DNA of 64,000 nt from Gammaproteobacteria bacterium (lineage in GTDB: Bacteria; Pseudomonadota; Gammaproteobacteria; UBA4575), in assembly GCA_965222615.1 (NCBI GenBank), contig CBDCUI010000009.1:160001-224000 (forward strand), given 5' to 3'. Shown piece by piece: positions 9,689 to 18,973 of the stretch. A model generated the notes under the pieces. The model worked only from the letters and a program-made list of their open reading frames with translations, searched no databases and had not been told where the DNA came from. The first letter of the stretch is position 1. The number at the start of each line of letters is the position of its first letter. The translations under genes were made by a program, and so were the position numbers.

Positions 9689-11035
9689 ATGTCTTCAGTA
9701 AAAGACGAAGCTAAAAAATATCACCTTGGTAAAAGCTTCATATTTCCGCCCGAGGTAATCAATGACATTCATGTAAAGTCGGAGTTGGGCCGCTATCGTA
9801 TGCGCGGCTTTTCAATATTTAAAAAAATTCCAACTTGGGATGATCTAACGTTTATGCCAGGTACTTTGACACGATTTGTAATTGAGGGTTACCGTGAAAA
9901 ATGTACCACTGAAACCATCATTGGACCCCGCGCCAAACGTCCACTGGTTTTGGACATCCCTATTTATATTACTGGAATGAGCTTTGGTGCTTTGAGTTAT
10001 GAAGCAAAGACAGCACTCGCTCGTGGTGCCACCATGGCGGGAACCGCAACCTGCTCTGGTGAAGGCGGCATGATTCCTGATGAGCGCCGCTATTCTGAAA
10101 AGTGGTTCTATCAATGTATTCAATCTCGCTACGGTTTCAATCCACAACACTTACGTCTTGCGGATGGCGTAGAGTTTTTTATTGGGCAAGGCTGCAAAGT
10201 AGGTTTGGGCGGACACTTAATGGGGCAGAAGGTTACTGACCAAGTCGCCGAGATGCGCTCACTGCCTGCAGGAATTGATCAACGTTCACCCGCGCGACAC
10301 CCAGACTGGTTGGGTCCAGATGACTTAGCCATCAAGATTCAAGAAATTCGTGAGGCAACGGATTGGCAAATTCCAATACAGTTAAAATTAGGTGCAGCAC
10401 GAGTGTATGACGATGTACGCATGGCAGCGAAAACGGATCCTGATTCAATTTATATCGACGGTATGGAAGGCGGCACCGGGGCCGGGCCTCATCTGGCAAC
10501 GGAAGATACTGGAGTGCCGGGCATCGCAGCAATACGCCAGGCGCGTCGCGCGATTCAAGACGTAGGTATGGAGGGCAAGATATCTCTAGTGTATGCCGGA
10601 GGTATTCGCAATGGTGCGGATGTCGCCAAAGCCATTGCTTTAGGTGCTGATGCCATTGCGATTGGTCACTCCGCCATGATGGCGTTGAATTGTAATAAGG
10701 ATATTCCTGAAGCCGATTATGAAGAAGAAATGGGTGTGGAAGCGGGGGCTTGTTACCATTGCCATACCGGTCGTTGCCCTGTAGGGGTCGCGACACAAGA
10801 TCCAATATTGCGTGCGCGTTTGAACCCAGATGATGCCGCAGTTCGTGTCTATAATTTCTTACATACACTGGCAATTGAAGCGCAGCTATTTGCACGTGCT
10901 TGTGGCAAGACCAACATTCATTCTTTAGAACCTGAAGATTTGGCAGCCTTAACTATGGAAGCCTCGGCCTGTGCACAAGTACCGATTGCAGGAACACAAC
11001 ACACGGTTGGCCGTCCTGACATGACACGTTTTTAG
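9689..11035 (+). CDS. FMN-binding glutamate synthase family protein (MgsC-like) with Fe-S Cys motif
   Basis: GMSFGALS, SGEGG, GQGCKVGLGG, SPARHPD, IDGMEGGTGA, GGIRNGADVAKAIALGAD, CYHCHTGRCPVGVATQD. Confidence 0.9.
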   Translation: MSSVKDEAKKYHLGKSFIFPPEVINDIHVKSELGRYRMRGFSIFKKIPTWDDLTFMPGTLTRFVIEGYREKCTTETIIGPRAKRPLVLDIPIYITGMSFGALSYEAKTALARGATMAGTATCSGEGGMIPDERRYSEKWFYQCIQSRYGFNPQHLRLADGVEFFIGQGCKVGLGGHLMGQKVTDQVAEMRSLPAGIDQRSPARHPDWLGPDDLAIKIQEIREATDWQIPIQLKLGAARVYDDVRMAAKTDPDSIYIDGMEGGTGAGPHLATEDTGVPGIAAIRQARRAIQDVGMEGKISLVYAGGIRNGADVAKAIALGADAIAIGHSAMMALNCNKDIPEADYEEEMGVEAGACYHCHTGRCPVGVATQDPILRARLNPDDAAVRVYNFLHTLAIEAQLFARACGKTNIHSLEPEDLAALTMEASACAQVPIAGTQHTVGRPDMTRF

Positions 11036-11044
11036 GAGAACATC

Positions 11045-11434
11045 ATGAGTAAAAAAGATATTGACCGCTTTTTAGAGACCGATGAGCTCAGTGAAGAGCG
11101 TGAAAAAATGATCGGTCAACATATCGGTTATCGATATGATGTAAATCTCGTACCCGACTTAACTAAACTAACTCCTTTCCTAAAAAAATATATTGAAATT
11201 ATGGGTTGGAGTGATCTTAACTGGTTGGAAGACGTTCATATGGGCTATGAAGAAGGCCGTGCAGCGGTGTTCGATCGCAATATCAATGGTTGGGTTACCG
11301 TGCCAGAGGATATGGAGCTTCCAGATAATCAGCAGGAACGCGATATGATCGCAAGAGAACTATTAGTCAAGTTTCAAATGTCGCCAAATCATCCGATGGT
11401 CGATTTACGCAAGGCCTATGAAAAATTTAATTAA
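11045..11434 (+). CDS. Hypothetical protein, last gene of module A
   Basis: 129 aa; AGGAG RBS overlapping the stop codon of the upstream gene. Confidence 0.8.
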   Translation: MSKKDIDRFLETDELSEEREKMIGQHIGYRYDVNLVPDLTKLTPFLKKYIEIMGWSDLNWLEDVHMGYEEGRAAVFDRNINGWVTVPEDMELPDNQQERDMIARELLVKFQMSPNHPMVDLRKAYEKFN

Positions 11435-11559
11435 TGTAAATCGACAAGAAGCATGTTTATATAGTTGAAACTCATAGCTTTTTGAAACTTCTAGGAATAT
11501 TTAATACGGCTGTTCAATAGCTCTCATTTTTAAAAACTTGTGAATAGCACGTCTGCCTT

Positions 11560-12156
11560 ATGGATACGGACCAGAATAGTGTTGAGCAACATATGCGTGA
11601 TCATTTTATTGGCTGGCAATGTCGCATTCGTCAGTATGCAGTTCGCAATGCAGGCGGGCGGCCTTCTGAAGGCATGCGGGCTACTGTGTTCATCGACGAT
11701 GAAGCAATTGCCAAGATCATCGTATTAATTAATAAAAAAGATTTGGCAAAGTTAGTTACCGAATTCAGTTTTATGTACAAAAAAAACCAAGACCCTGCTG
11801 TACGGCGTGATTCAATCTTGCGGGTATTGATGGCAGGTTATTTTCAGTATCCTGAAGAGTTTTCAGACAGACTCACAGCCTTATTGTCTGCTAGTCATGA
11901 TCTGACAAAATGTTTGTTAGAAGCTGGAGAGGTCTCACTTTATTTTTATCAGCAGAATCAACAATATCAGATCCCATGTACTGTGCATGCTCTAAAGTCA
12001 AGTGATCACGAATACCAAGCAACTTATTGGCATAACTCGTTATTTAATCCTAATATCCCAACTGATATCCATATTCTTGCTTTTGAGCCAGATTGGTCGA
12101 TTGCAAAGGCAAACCCCTTGCCCAATGCACTCAAGCTTGCATCTAATTTTCAGTGA
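11560..12156 (+). CDS. Hypothetical protein (possibly FMN-binding split-barrel-like)
   Basis: 198 aa ORF, WQCRIRQ and WHNSLFNP motifs; overlaps next gene by 4 nt; fold call is tentative. Confidence 0.65.
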   Translation: MDTDQNSVEQHMRDHFIGWQCRIRQYAVRNAGGRPSEGMRATVFIDDEAIAKIIVLINKKDLAKLVTEFSFMYKKNQDPAVRRDSILRVLMAGYFQYPEEFSDRLTALLSASHDLTKCLLEAGEVSLYFYQQNQQYQIPCTVHALKSSDHEYQATYWHNSLFNPNIPTDIHILAFEPDWSIAKANPLPNALKLASNFQ

Positions 12157-12581
12157 ATTTAACCACTGTTCAACATAAAGACTTCTATACTGGTAGTTGT
12201 TTATGCGGTGCTATTCGCTACCAAGTCAAAGGAAAATTGCGTGATGTGGTGAATTGCCACTGTAGTCTGTGCCGAAAATTTCACGGTCATTTTGGTGCTT
12301 ATACCGCAGCAAAAAGAGAAGATGTTCATATCAACAGTTCCAAAAATAATGATCTACTGGCCTGGTATCAAAGCATGGACAATAAAGCCCGTAGAGGGTT
12401 TTGTGTGATTTGTGGATCAAGCCTATTTTGGGATTTAGAAGGTGCTTCTACTTTGAGTATTGCTGCAGGTAGCCTGGATCAACCTTCGGGTCTAAATACT
12501 ACAACCGATATTTTTGTCGATGACAAAGCCGATTACTATGAACTTGATGAACGCTTAATCCATCTTAGGCAGGGTTTATAA
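12153..12581 (+). CDS. GFA / CENP-V family protein (glutathione-dependent formaldehyde-activating-like)
   Basis: GSCLCG, CHCSLCRK, RGFCVICGS zinc motifs. Confidence 0.9.
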   Translation: MNLTTVQHKDFYTGSCLCGAIRYQVKGKLRDVVNCHCSLCRKFHGHFGAYTAAKREDVHINSSKNNDLLAWYQSMDNKARRGFCVICGSSLFWDLEGASTLSIAAGSLDQPSGLNTTTDIFVDDKADYYELDERLIHLRQGL

Positions 12582-12932
12582 GACTGCAAAGTCAACCGGA
12601 TAAAAGCAAGCGCTTAGCTTATTCCAGAGGATCCGTAGCATAGGGACTTGTGATACTAAAATACTACCTGATTTCAACATTGTTTCACCTTGCGCTACTA
12701 CACTGTATTAATACTATGGTGAGTAGATTGTAAGAATACATCGGTGTTCAGCAGGTATACCGCCAATAAGCGTAAGCCTGGTCCTATTGGTGAATAGAAC
12801 TGAATGCTCAAGTAATTACTATATGGTTGTAGGTTACTTGTGTGCTGTATGTCTTTTGGGTCGTGAAGCGGTTTAACCTGATCGCCTGCGACACATTATT
12901 TTCACAGTTAAATTCATCCTGGATACTAAATT

Positions 12933-13061
12933 ATGAATACCGATCAAATCATAGCTCTCATTAGTGTTATCTTTATTGCTTATTATCTTATCTGGGAAGT
13001 TGATTGGGATGCTGTGGAAAAAAAAGCAAAAAAAAAAGTGGCAGCACACTTTCCTCAATGA
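12933..13061 (+). CDS. Possible small membrane peptide (42 aa)
   Basis: MNTDQIIALISVIFIAYYLIWEVDWDAVEKKAKKKVAAHFPQ: one TM segment and a basic tail; weak RBS; below the ORF-track cutoff. Confidence 0.35.
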   Translation: MNTDQIIALISVIFIAYYLIWEVDWDAVEKKAKKKVAAHFPQ

Positions 13062-13460
13062 TAAGGACTTTGAAAAGCTTCAGGAAACCCTCAACGAGTA
13101 CAAATAAGGACTGCGAGAGATAAATGATTCGTCTCCGTATTGTGTGGAAATTTCCTAACTTTTTCTGTGATTATGTTGATCTGGTTTATTCAGTTTCCTA
13201 ATAGCTTTAGATCTGTATAAGAACGAGGTGGTTTCTCTCAAGATTGTGAGCACCTAAGGGAAGGCTTATTAGGCTGAAAAGTATAAGCAACTAATCCGGC
13301 TACCAAGTGCACTCTAAAACAGGTCACCTTATTTAATTCCGTAAACAGTAAAACTTCTGTTTTTCACATTGCGTAATCAATGCTCATTCGAAGCCTCCAG
13401 CTGGTGGTTGGATGTAATATCGGGCATGGTCTTGTTACTATTCTCCCTGAGGATGAGCTA

Positions 13461-14971
13461 ATGGCTAATGCCGAGAAACTATTCGAGACGATAGCGAATT
13501 ACACCTACGACTGGAATCCTGGATCGGGCAAGACGGGAAATTACTTTGGGTTAATCCCGCGATAGAGCGTATGACCGGTTATACGACCTCAGATTGCCTC
13601 AAGATGCACGATTACCCGCTACCCATTGTAGATAAGGAAGACCGTGCGAAGATCGCGCAATACCTGGAATCAGCAGCCGACGGTAGTAGCGGTAACGATA
13701 TCGAATTTCGAATTCGTGATAAATATGGGCAACTCCGCTGGGGCGCAGTGTCATGGCAAACCATCTATGATGGTGCTGGTCATCAACTTGGTTTCCGTAC
13801 CAGCGTGCGCGACATTACCCAACGTAAGCAGGTAGAACGAGATCTCCAAGCTGCTTATGAAGAGGCAGAGCGCGCAAATCGGGCAACGTCGAAATTCCTT
13901 GCAGCCGCCAGTCATGACTTGCGTCAACCACTTCAGGCTGCCGGATTGTTTGTTGAAACGATCGACGCGCATATCAAGGATAAGAAACTAAGCGATATTG
14001 TTGCCTCATTACGTAAATGCCTGCATAGCACTAATGATCTCTTAGATACCCTGCTCGATATTTCACGATTGGACGCGGGCACCATAGGCGTTGAATCGCA
14101 GGCATTTGCCATTATTGATCTGCTGGACCGGATGGAGACTGAGTTCGGCGCAATGGCAAGCTCGAAGAATATTACTCTCAAAATCGTTGATAGCAGTGCT
14201 TTTGTGTATACCGATCCGGTTCTGCTTACGCGGGTAATGGAGAATCTTGTTTCCAATGCTGTTCGCTATAATGAAGGAGGCCGTATTGTTGTCGGCGCAC
14301 GCCGTCGCGGAGAAAAGCTGAGGCTGGAAGTTTGGGATAATGGTATCGGCATTGCGAAAGACCAGTTGGAAAACATATTTGAGGAGTTTTATCAGGTTGG
14401 AAATCCGGAGCGTGACCGCACGCGTGGCCTGGGTCTCGGTCTATCGGTGGTACGCCGTATCGCACAATTACTGAATGCGAGGCTGGGAGTCCGATCCTGG
14501 TTAGGGCAAGGATCGGTGTTTTCTGTCGAAGTGCCACTTGCCTCTGCTGAATCGATTATGGTACCTAAAGATGCTTGTCCTTCGAGCCCTGCGCTGGCCG
14601 GCCTGAAAGTGGCTGCCATTGATGACGAGCCTTTGCAGCTGGCAGCGCTCGAGGCGTTTCTATCGATCTATGACTGTCAAGTGATCACCGGTACTACATT
14701 GGAGGAGTTGGCAAGCAAGCTAAGACAGAAAAAACTAATCCCCGGTGTAATCATTGCCGACTACCGTTTACGTGGTGGAACGACAGGCGTTCAGGCCATC
14801 AAGTCTCTGAGGAAGGAATTCGGTCAATTTATCCCAGCGATACTAATTACAGGAGACACGGAGCCAGATAGAATTGCGGAAGCCAACAACAGTGGTTACC
14901 CAATATTGCACAAGCCACTGGTTCCCAATGAGTTCGTTGCTACCTTATCGGAAGTATTGGTGAAGCATTGA
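13461..14971 (+). CDS. PAS-domain hybrid sensor histidine kinase/receiver with a 1-nt frameshift near 13512-13516
   Basis: H-box SHDLRQPL, N-box ENLVSNAVRY, DNGIGI, GLGLGL, C-terminal receiver (IDDE, ADYRL, LHKP); the PAS start is split between two frames. Confidence 0.85.
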
Positions 14972-15019
14972 TCATTACACGGCAGGTGTTTTATCGATGT
15001 TGATAGGACCTGCCAGGTT

Positions 15020-15190
15020 CCTTTCAGAATTTCATCTGACTTGTTTTAACCAAAGTCCACTGCTATCTAGATGCCTTAGTTCTGCTAAATACGTTAAGCT
15101 TCTTTAAGATCACCCGCAAATAAGTTTTTACCGAACTTTCTAGAATATCGCAGTCGCACATAATCTTCGTGTTCGATTTATCCAGTTTCT
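15020..15190 (-). pseudogene. Decayed fragment of a NarL/LuxR response regulator (copy of the 3' end of 19821-20525)
   Basis: [38 protein letters not shown] aligns with [38 protein letters not shown]; nucleotide similarity continues past the stop. Confidence 0.75.
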
Positions 15191-15400
15191 TCAGGTTAGA
15201 TATCTCGTCAGTAGGCGTAATCATAGCTTGTTGAAGAATAGGGCGCATGATCCATTGGCTATGATGTGATAGCCTATATTCAAGATCGAGAAATTCAGTA
15301 ATACCTGTCATACTGAATGCACTAGCAAAGACAATTTGTACTAAATTAGGAGAAAAGTTTATAAAAATTTAATGAATTATTAGATTAAGTTAACGCTTGT

Positions 15401-15721
15401 CTAAACTGTTTTTTTATCACGGGATTTAAAATATTCCCAGCGATACCTCGCCCATCGATAAGCGTCCATAATCGATAATGCATAGATAAAAAGACCACCT
15501 GCAAATCGACCCAAAAAAGAATGTTCGGGTGTAGTTGTATAAAACGTCACCATACCTAGCATTATCATAAAGCAGATCATCAGCATGCCCCTGCCAGGAG
15601 TGTTATTCAATACTTGTCCAACGCCTGGTAATAAAACCGCAATGATGAGGATTATGTGAGGATGATGAATGTAAGATAGTTTGTCTGAAGGTTCAGGGTG
15701 AACTTTATTTGTGTCCGTCAT
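15401..15721 (-). CDS. Small membrane protein
   Basis: Start at MTDTNK after GAAGGTGG; three hydrophobic segments, LLPGVGQV motif. Confidence 0.75.
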   Translation of the reverse strand: MTDTNKVHPEPSDKLSYIHHPHIILIIAVLLPGVGQVLNNTPGRGMLMICFMIMLGMVTFYTTTPEHSFLGRFAGGLFIYALSIMDAYRWARYRWEYFKSRDKKTV

Positions 15722-16415
15722 TTTCCACCTTCTCGTCAACCACTCGACTAAATTTACAGGATAAATCGTCAATGAGTCTAATTAAAGCATCGATCAGTTG
15801 TTTAACTAGCTTAAAATCAAGGCGGTCATGCTCAAACACTAATTGCCTGAGCACCATATAATGAGAACGCAATGCTTGGTCTACTAGATAAACGATGCGT
15901 ACACCTTTGGGTGTAATTAGCATCTCTTTGCAATTTGGATCTTTAAACATACGTCTGACAAAGCGACCTACTACATCGAGCGGAGGAATATCATCGAAAT
16001 TGTTAGTACGCAAGGTAGCGTGTTGAGGCCAATCGTGTGGAATGTCCAACGTATTACAAAGACTGGCAGAAGGGGAATAAAACTCGGTATTTTGTGGCCG
16101 CACCAAGTAATCTAATGTGCCAGAATATGGTATAGGAAACTTCAGCGAAACAAGTAACCAAAGCGCAGGTATTTTTCGTACCGCAAGATGATCTACCAGT
16201 GCTTCGATTTTTACGTCCATTCCTTTATAACGTGCGCGCAACACTGGGTAGTTAACTTCATCCTGTGTAACGTTAACTTCAGAAAATAGGGAAAGGCAAT
16301 CATCAAATATCGCTCCACGCTTGCTGCGTATCATGCGACGTGCTCGACGGTTCATTCCCCAAAGGATTAGAACAAAAGTAGCACCTAATATAACTGCATC
16401 GATACGCATTTCCAC
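15705..16415 (-). CDS. Membrane-anchored hypothetical protein
   Basis: 236 aa, N-terminal TM followed by a basic stretch; in operon. Confidence 0.75.
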   Translation of the reverse strand: MEMRIDAVILGATFVLILWGMNRRARRMIRSKRGAIFDDCLSLFSEVNVTQDEVNYPVLRARYKGMDVKIEALVDHLAVRKIPALWLLVSLKFPIPYSGTLDYLVRPQNTEFYSPSASLCNTLDIPHDWPQHATLRTNNFDDIPPLDVVGRFVRRMFKDPNCKEMLITPKGVRIVYLVDQALRSHYMVLRQLVFEHDRLDFKLVKQLIDALIRLIDDLSCKFSRVVDEKVENDGHK

Positions 16416-16474
16416 CCCAGTAAAAAGCCCAGCACATAGTTTAGCTTCACACTGGTGTGCTTAATTTTAATGGG

Positions 16475-16906
16475 CTAACGGACGATTGTTACTGGACAAT
16501 GTGCTTTGTGAACGACATCTGAAGCAACCGAGCCCAACAACATACGAGTAATACCGGTTTTGCCTGTTGAACCCATGACAATATGGTCGCAGTCATTCTC
16601 CTCTGCAAATGCAATAATTGTAGCAGCGATGTTCAAACCCTGTGCTGAAACGCATGAAAACTTTTTAACACTGTTAGCCTTCGCTGCTTTTTCAGCCGCA
16701 AACAGCTCTTTGTTTGTTTGCTCATCCACAGCTTCAAGTACTATCTGACTATATGCAAGACTGGAACTCAATTGAGCGTCGGTTATCGTATCTACGTCTA
16801 AAAAAATGACTTCTGCATCGATCTGATTGGCAAATTCGCATGCGAATTCTACTGATTTTGCCGATGCAATCGAACCATCCGTGGCGCAGAGTAATCTACT
16901 AATCAT
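16475..16906 (-). CDS. Universal stress protein (UspA family)
   Basis: LLCATDGS..S start; IVMGSTGKTG...LLGSVA..VVHKAHCPVTIVR. Confidence 0.92.
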   Translation of the reverse strand: MISRLLCATDGSIASAKSVEFACEFANQIDAEVIFLDVDTITDAQLSSSLAYSQIVLEAVDEQTNKELFAAEKAAKANSVKKFSCVSAQGLNIAATIIAFAEENDCDHIVMGSTGKTGITRMLLGSVASDVVHKAHCPVTIVR

Positions 16907-16926
16907 TATACTAGTACCTTTTCTTA

Positions 16927-18330
16927 TTAATAGCCGCGTGGCTTGGGCCATGGCATGGTAAATTGGTCGCCGCGCCTGACGTACTTATAGCGATGCATAT
17001 GGAACCAGAATGAAACCACGATATAGAAAGCCATAATAGATAGGAGTGAGCTTCCATATCCCAGGAATGTGGCGAAGTAGGTGGCGCCGCACAGGATCAG
17101 CAGTGTAAGAGCTGGTAGGGGATGGAACGGATGAATATAACCCCGTTTGATCGAGCCCAATGGCCACTGTTTTCTGAATTTAATCACATTCAGTGACATA
17201 AACGTATAGCCCAGCAATCCCGAGAGAATGGAAAAGGTAATCACCTGATCCAGCAGCCCGGTAAAACCGAATGATACTGCAACTGGAATAAGGAATAGAA
17301 TTGCGCGGTAAGGTGTTCGATACCGAGGGTGAACGGCGGCAAACCAGACCGGCAGGTAGTGATCACGTCCCATGGAGAACCAAGATCGCGAAGCATCGTT
17401 AATACAACCATTCGCTGACGCGACTGCGGAGAACAAGGTGCCGACAAACAATAGAATCTGAAGAGTCGGACTACCTGTTAAGCGAGAAGCATCATACAAA
17501 GGAACAGCAGCCTGGCCCAGGTATTCCCAGGGCATTAGCCCCGAGGCGATCCACCATGTTAGAGTCGCGGCAATAAGCAAAGTAATCATCCCAGTCATCG
17601 TCCCTAATGGGATGGAACGCCCAGCGGACCTTACTTCTTCGGCCGCCTGGCAGGTGCCTTCTATGCCCAAGTAATACCACATCCCGAACTGAAGCGCTGC
17701 AACCACGCCAATCCACCCGTAGGGTAAATCGGTCAACAGCTCCTTATGATGAACAATTTTGCCTGGGTTCCAGGGTTCAACACCGATAAAAAGAACAAGA
17801 ATCGCCACGAAGGCAATGGCTGTAATGATGAAATTGACTGTTAGGGTCATAAATACCCCTCGATAATTCAGCCAGGCTAAAAACATGATCGTCATCACTA
17901 CGAAGGGTTTGGTATCAAGGCCTTCAAAGCCAAATTGCCCTGCCACAACTGCCAAAAGATCGCCCACCACCAAGGCATCTGCGGCCTCAAGCATGGTATA
18001 CGCCATCACCAGGTACAGACCAACATTGAATGCCATTATCGGACCTACAATATGCTTGGCCTGGGCATATTGACCACCTGCTGCTGCAACCGTTGATGTT
18101 ACCTCCGAGTCGATCATAGCTACACAGGTGTACAGTAGTCCTATAAACCAGCACGCAATAATCGAACCGTAAGCTCCGCCCTTGCCGACGGAGAAATTCC
18201 AGCCCATGTATTCACCAACAAGTACAATTCCTACACCAAGTGCCCATACATGTACTGGGCCAAGAACCTTTAACAAATTAATACGTTCAGGTGCAGTAGT
18301 ACCGTCGGCAGCCATCACTTTATCTGTCAT
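16927..18330 (-). CDS. APC family amino acid/amine permease (ethanolamine permease-like; candidate methylamine transporter)
   Basis: ~12 TM helices, WALGVGIVLVGEYMGWN, WYYLGIEG, AAEEV, HPRYRTPYRA. Confidence 0.9.
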   Translation of the reverse strand: MTDKVMAADGTTAPERINLLKVLGPVHVWALGVGIVLVGEYMGWNFSVGKGGAYGSIIACWFIGLLYTCVAMIDSEVTSTVAAAGGQYAQAKHIVGPIMAFNVGLYLVMAYTMLEAADALVVGDLLAVVAGQFGFEGLDTKPFVVMTIMFLAWLNYRGVFMTLTVNFIITAIAFVAILVLFIGVEPWNPGKIVHHKELLTDLPYGWIGVVAALQFGMWYYLGIEGTCQAAEEVRSAGRSIPLGTMTGMITLLIAATLTWWIASGLMPWEYLGQAAVPLYDASRLTGSPTLQILLFVGTLFSAVASANGCINDASRSWFSMGRDHYLPVWFAAVHPRYRTPYRAILFLIPVAVSFGFTGLLDQVITFSILSGLLGYTFMSLNVIKFRKQWPLGSIKRGYIHPFHPLPALTLLILCGATYFATFLGYGSSLLSIMAFYIVVSFWFHMHRYKYVRRGDQFTMPWPKPRGY

Positions 18331-18356
18331 CGTTACTTCTCCCCTAATTTATATAG

Positions 18357-18512
18357 TTATTCTTTATCAAGCAGTTCATCTGCACCTTCACGGGAACTGA
18401 CAAGCACATCTTCATCGTATTCCTGTCCCACACGGAAAGCGTCTAGCAACATCCAAATAGCAATAAGTGCTGAAATCCCCCAGGCTGCATAGGTAAACAG
18501 TGTCCAGAACAT
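18357..18512 (-). CDS. Small membrane protein (51 aa) not in the ORF track
   Basis: GGAG RBS; MFWTLFTYAAWGISALIAIWMLLDAFRVGQEYDEDVLVSSREGADELLDKE; fills the operon gap. Confidence 0.75.
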   Translation of the reverse strand: MFWTLFTYAAWGISALIAIWMLLDAFRVGQEYDEDVLVSSREGADELLDKE

Positions 18513-18580
18513 AGTAGTACTCCAATTTTGATTTTATTTTTTTGATCAAAAATCCAATGCTGACTCAAGCAGTAATAGTT

Positions 18581-18961
18581 TTACCTGAATTTTTCTCTAA
18601 TCACGTCCTTATACTCCTTATCAGAAAATTTAAAGAGGAGAACGAAATAGCCGATGATGACAAGAGCGGTTAAAATCAAACTAACCGGATTGACAGTGTA
18701 ATCAAACTTGTTATTAATGATCTCAGCTGCCTCTTCCACTTCCACGCCAAGCGTTTCCCACTGCGCTTGCATCGTTTCATTTTGTCCAAGTGATTCCCAG
18801 GTAGGTACAACACTTTCAGCCGTTACTTCCTCATCACTATTCTCGCTACCGAAATCAACGAAGAGAGGAATAAGGAGTGAGACGTAGACCAGAACAAGCA
18901 GGAATATACTGTCGATAAACTGCCCGAACTTGCCTTGTTTTGGTGGTTGATAATATGTCAT
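18581..18961 (-). CDS. Two-TM membrane protein
   Basis: 126 aa, AAGGAG RBS, TM-acidic loop-TM layout. Confidence 0.8.
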   Translation of the reverse strand: MTYYQPPKQGKFGQFIDSIFLLVLVYVSLLIPLFVDFGSENSDEEVTAESVVPTWESLGQNETMQAQWETLGVEVEEAAEIINNKFDYTVNPVSLILTALVIIGYFVLLFKFSDKEYKDVIREKFR

Positions 18962-18973
18962 TGTTTCTCCTTA

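Noticed and set aside
10332-10895. Long antisense ORF (187 aa) and the many other overlapping short ORFs in the track
   Set aside because: Shadows of well-supported genes, with no RBS or protein-like motifs
6395-11035. Housekeeping glutamine synthetase and glutamate synthase (glnA, gltB)
   Set aside because: Split three-gene layout lacking the GltB central domain and gltD, with a divergent GS and amine-catabolic context; fits an MGS-type module
12630-12700. Possible decayed GTAG...CTAC REP-like element
   Set aside because: Arms pair poorly and there is only one copy
13380-13565. Independent 61-aa ORF, or stop-codon readthrough into the kinase
   Set aside because: Better explained as the out-of-frame 5' end of the kinase; the two ORFs are in different frames
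15063-15311. Intact 82-aa regulator
   Set aside because: HTH is incomplete and degenerate, and homology continues out of frame past the stop; treated as a pseudogene fragment
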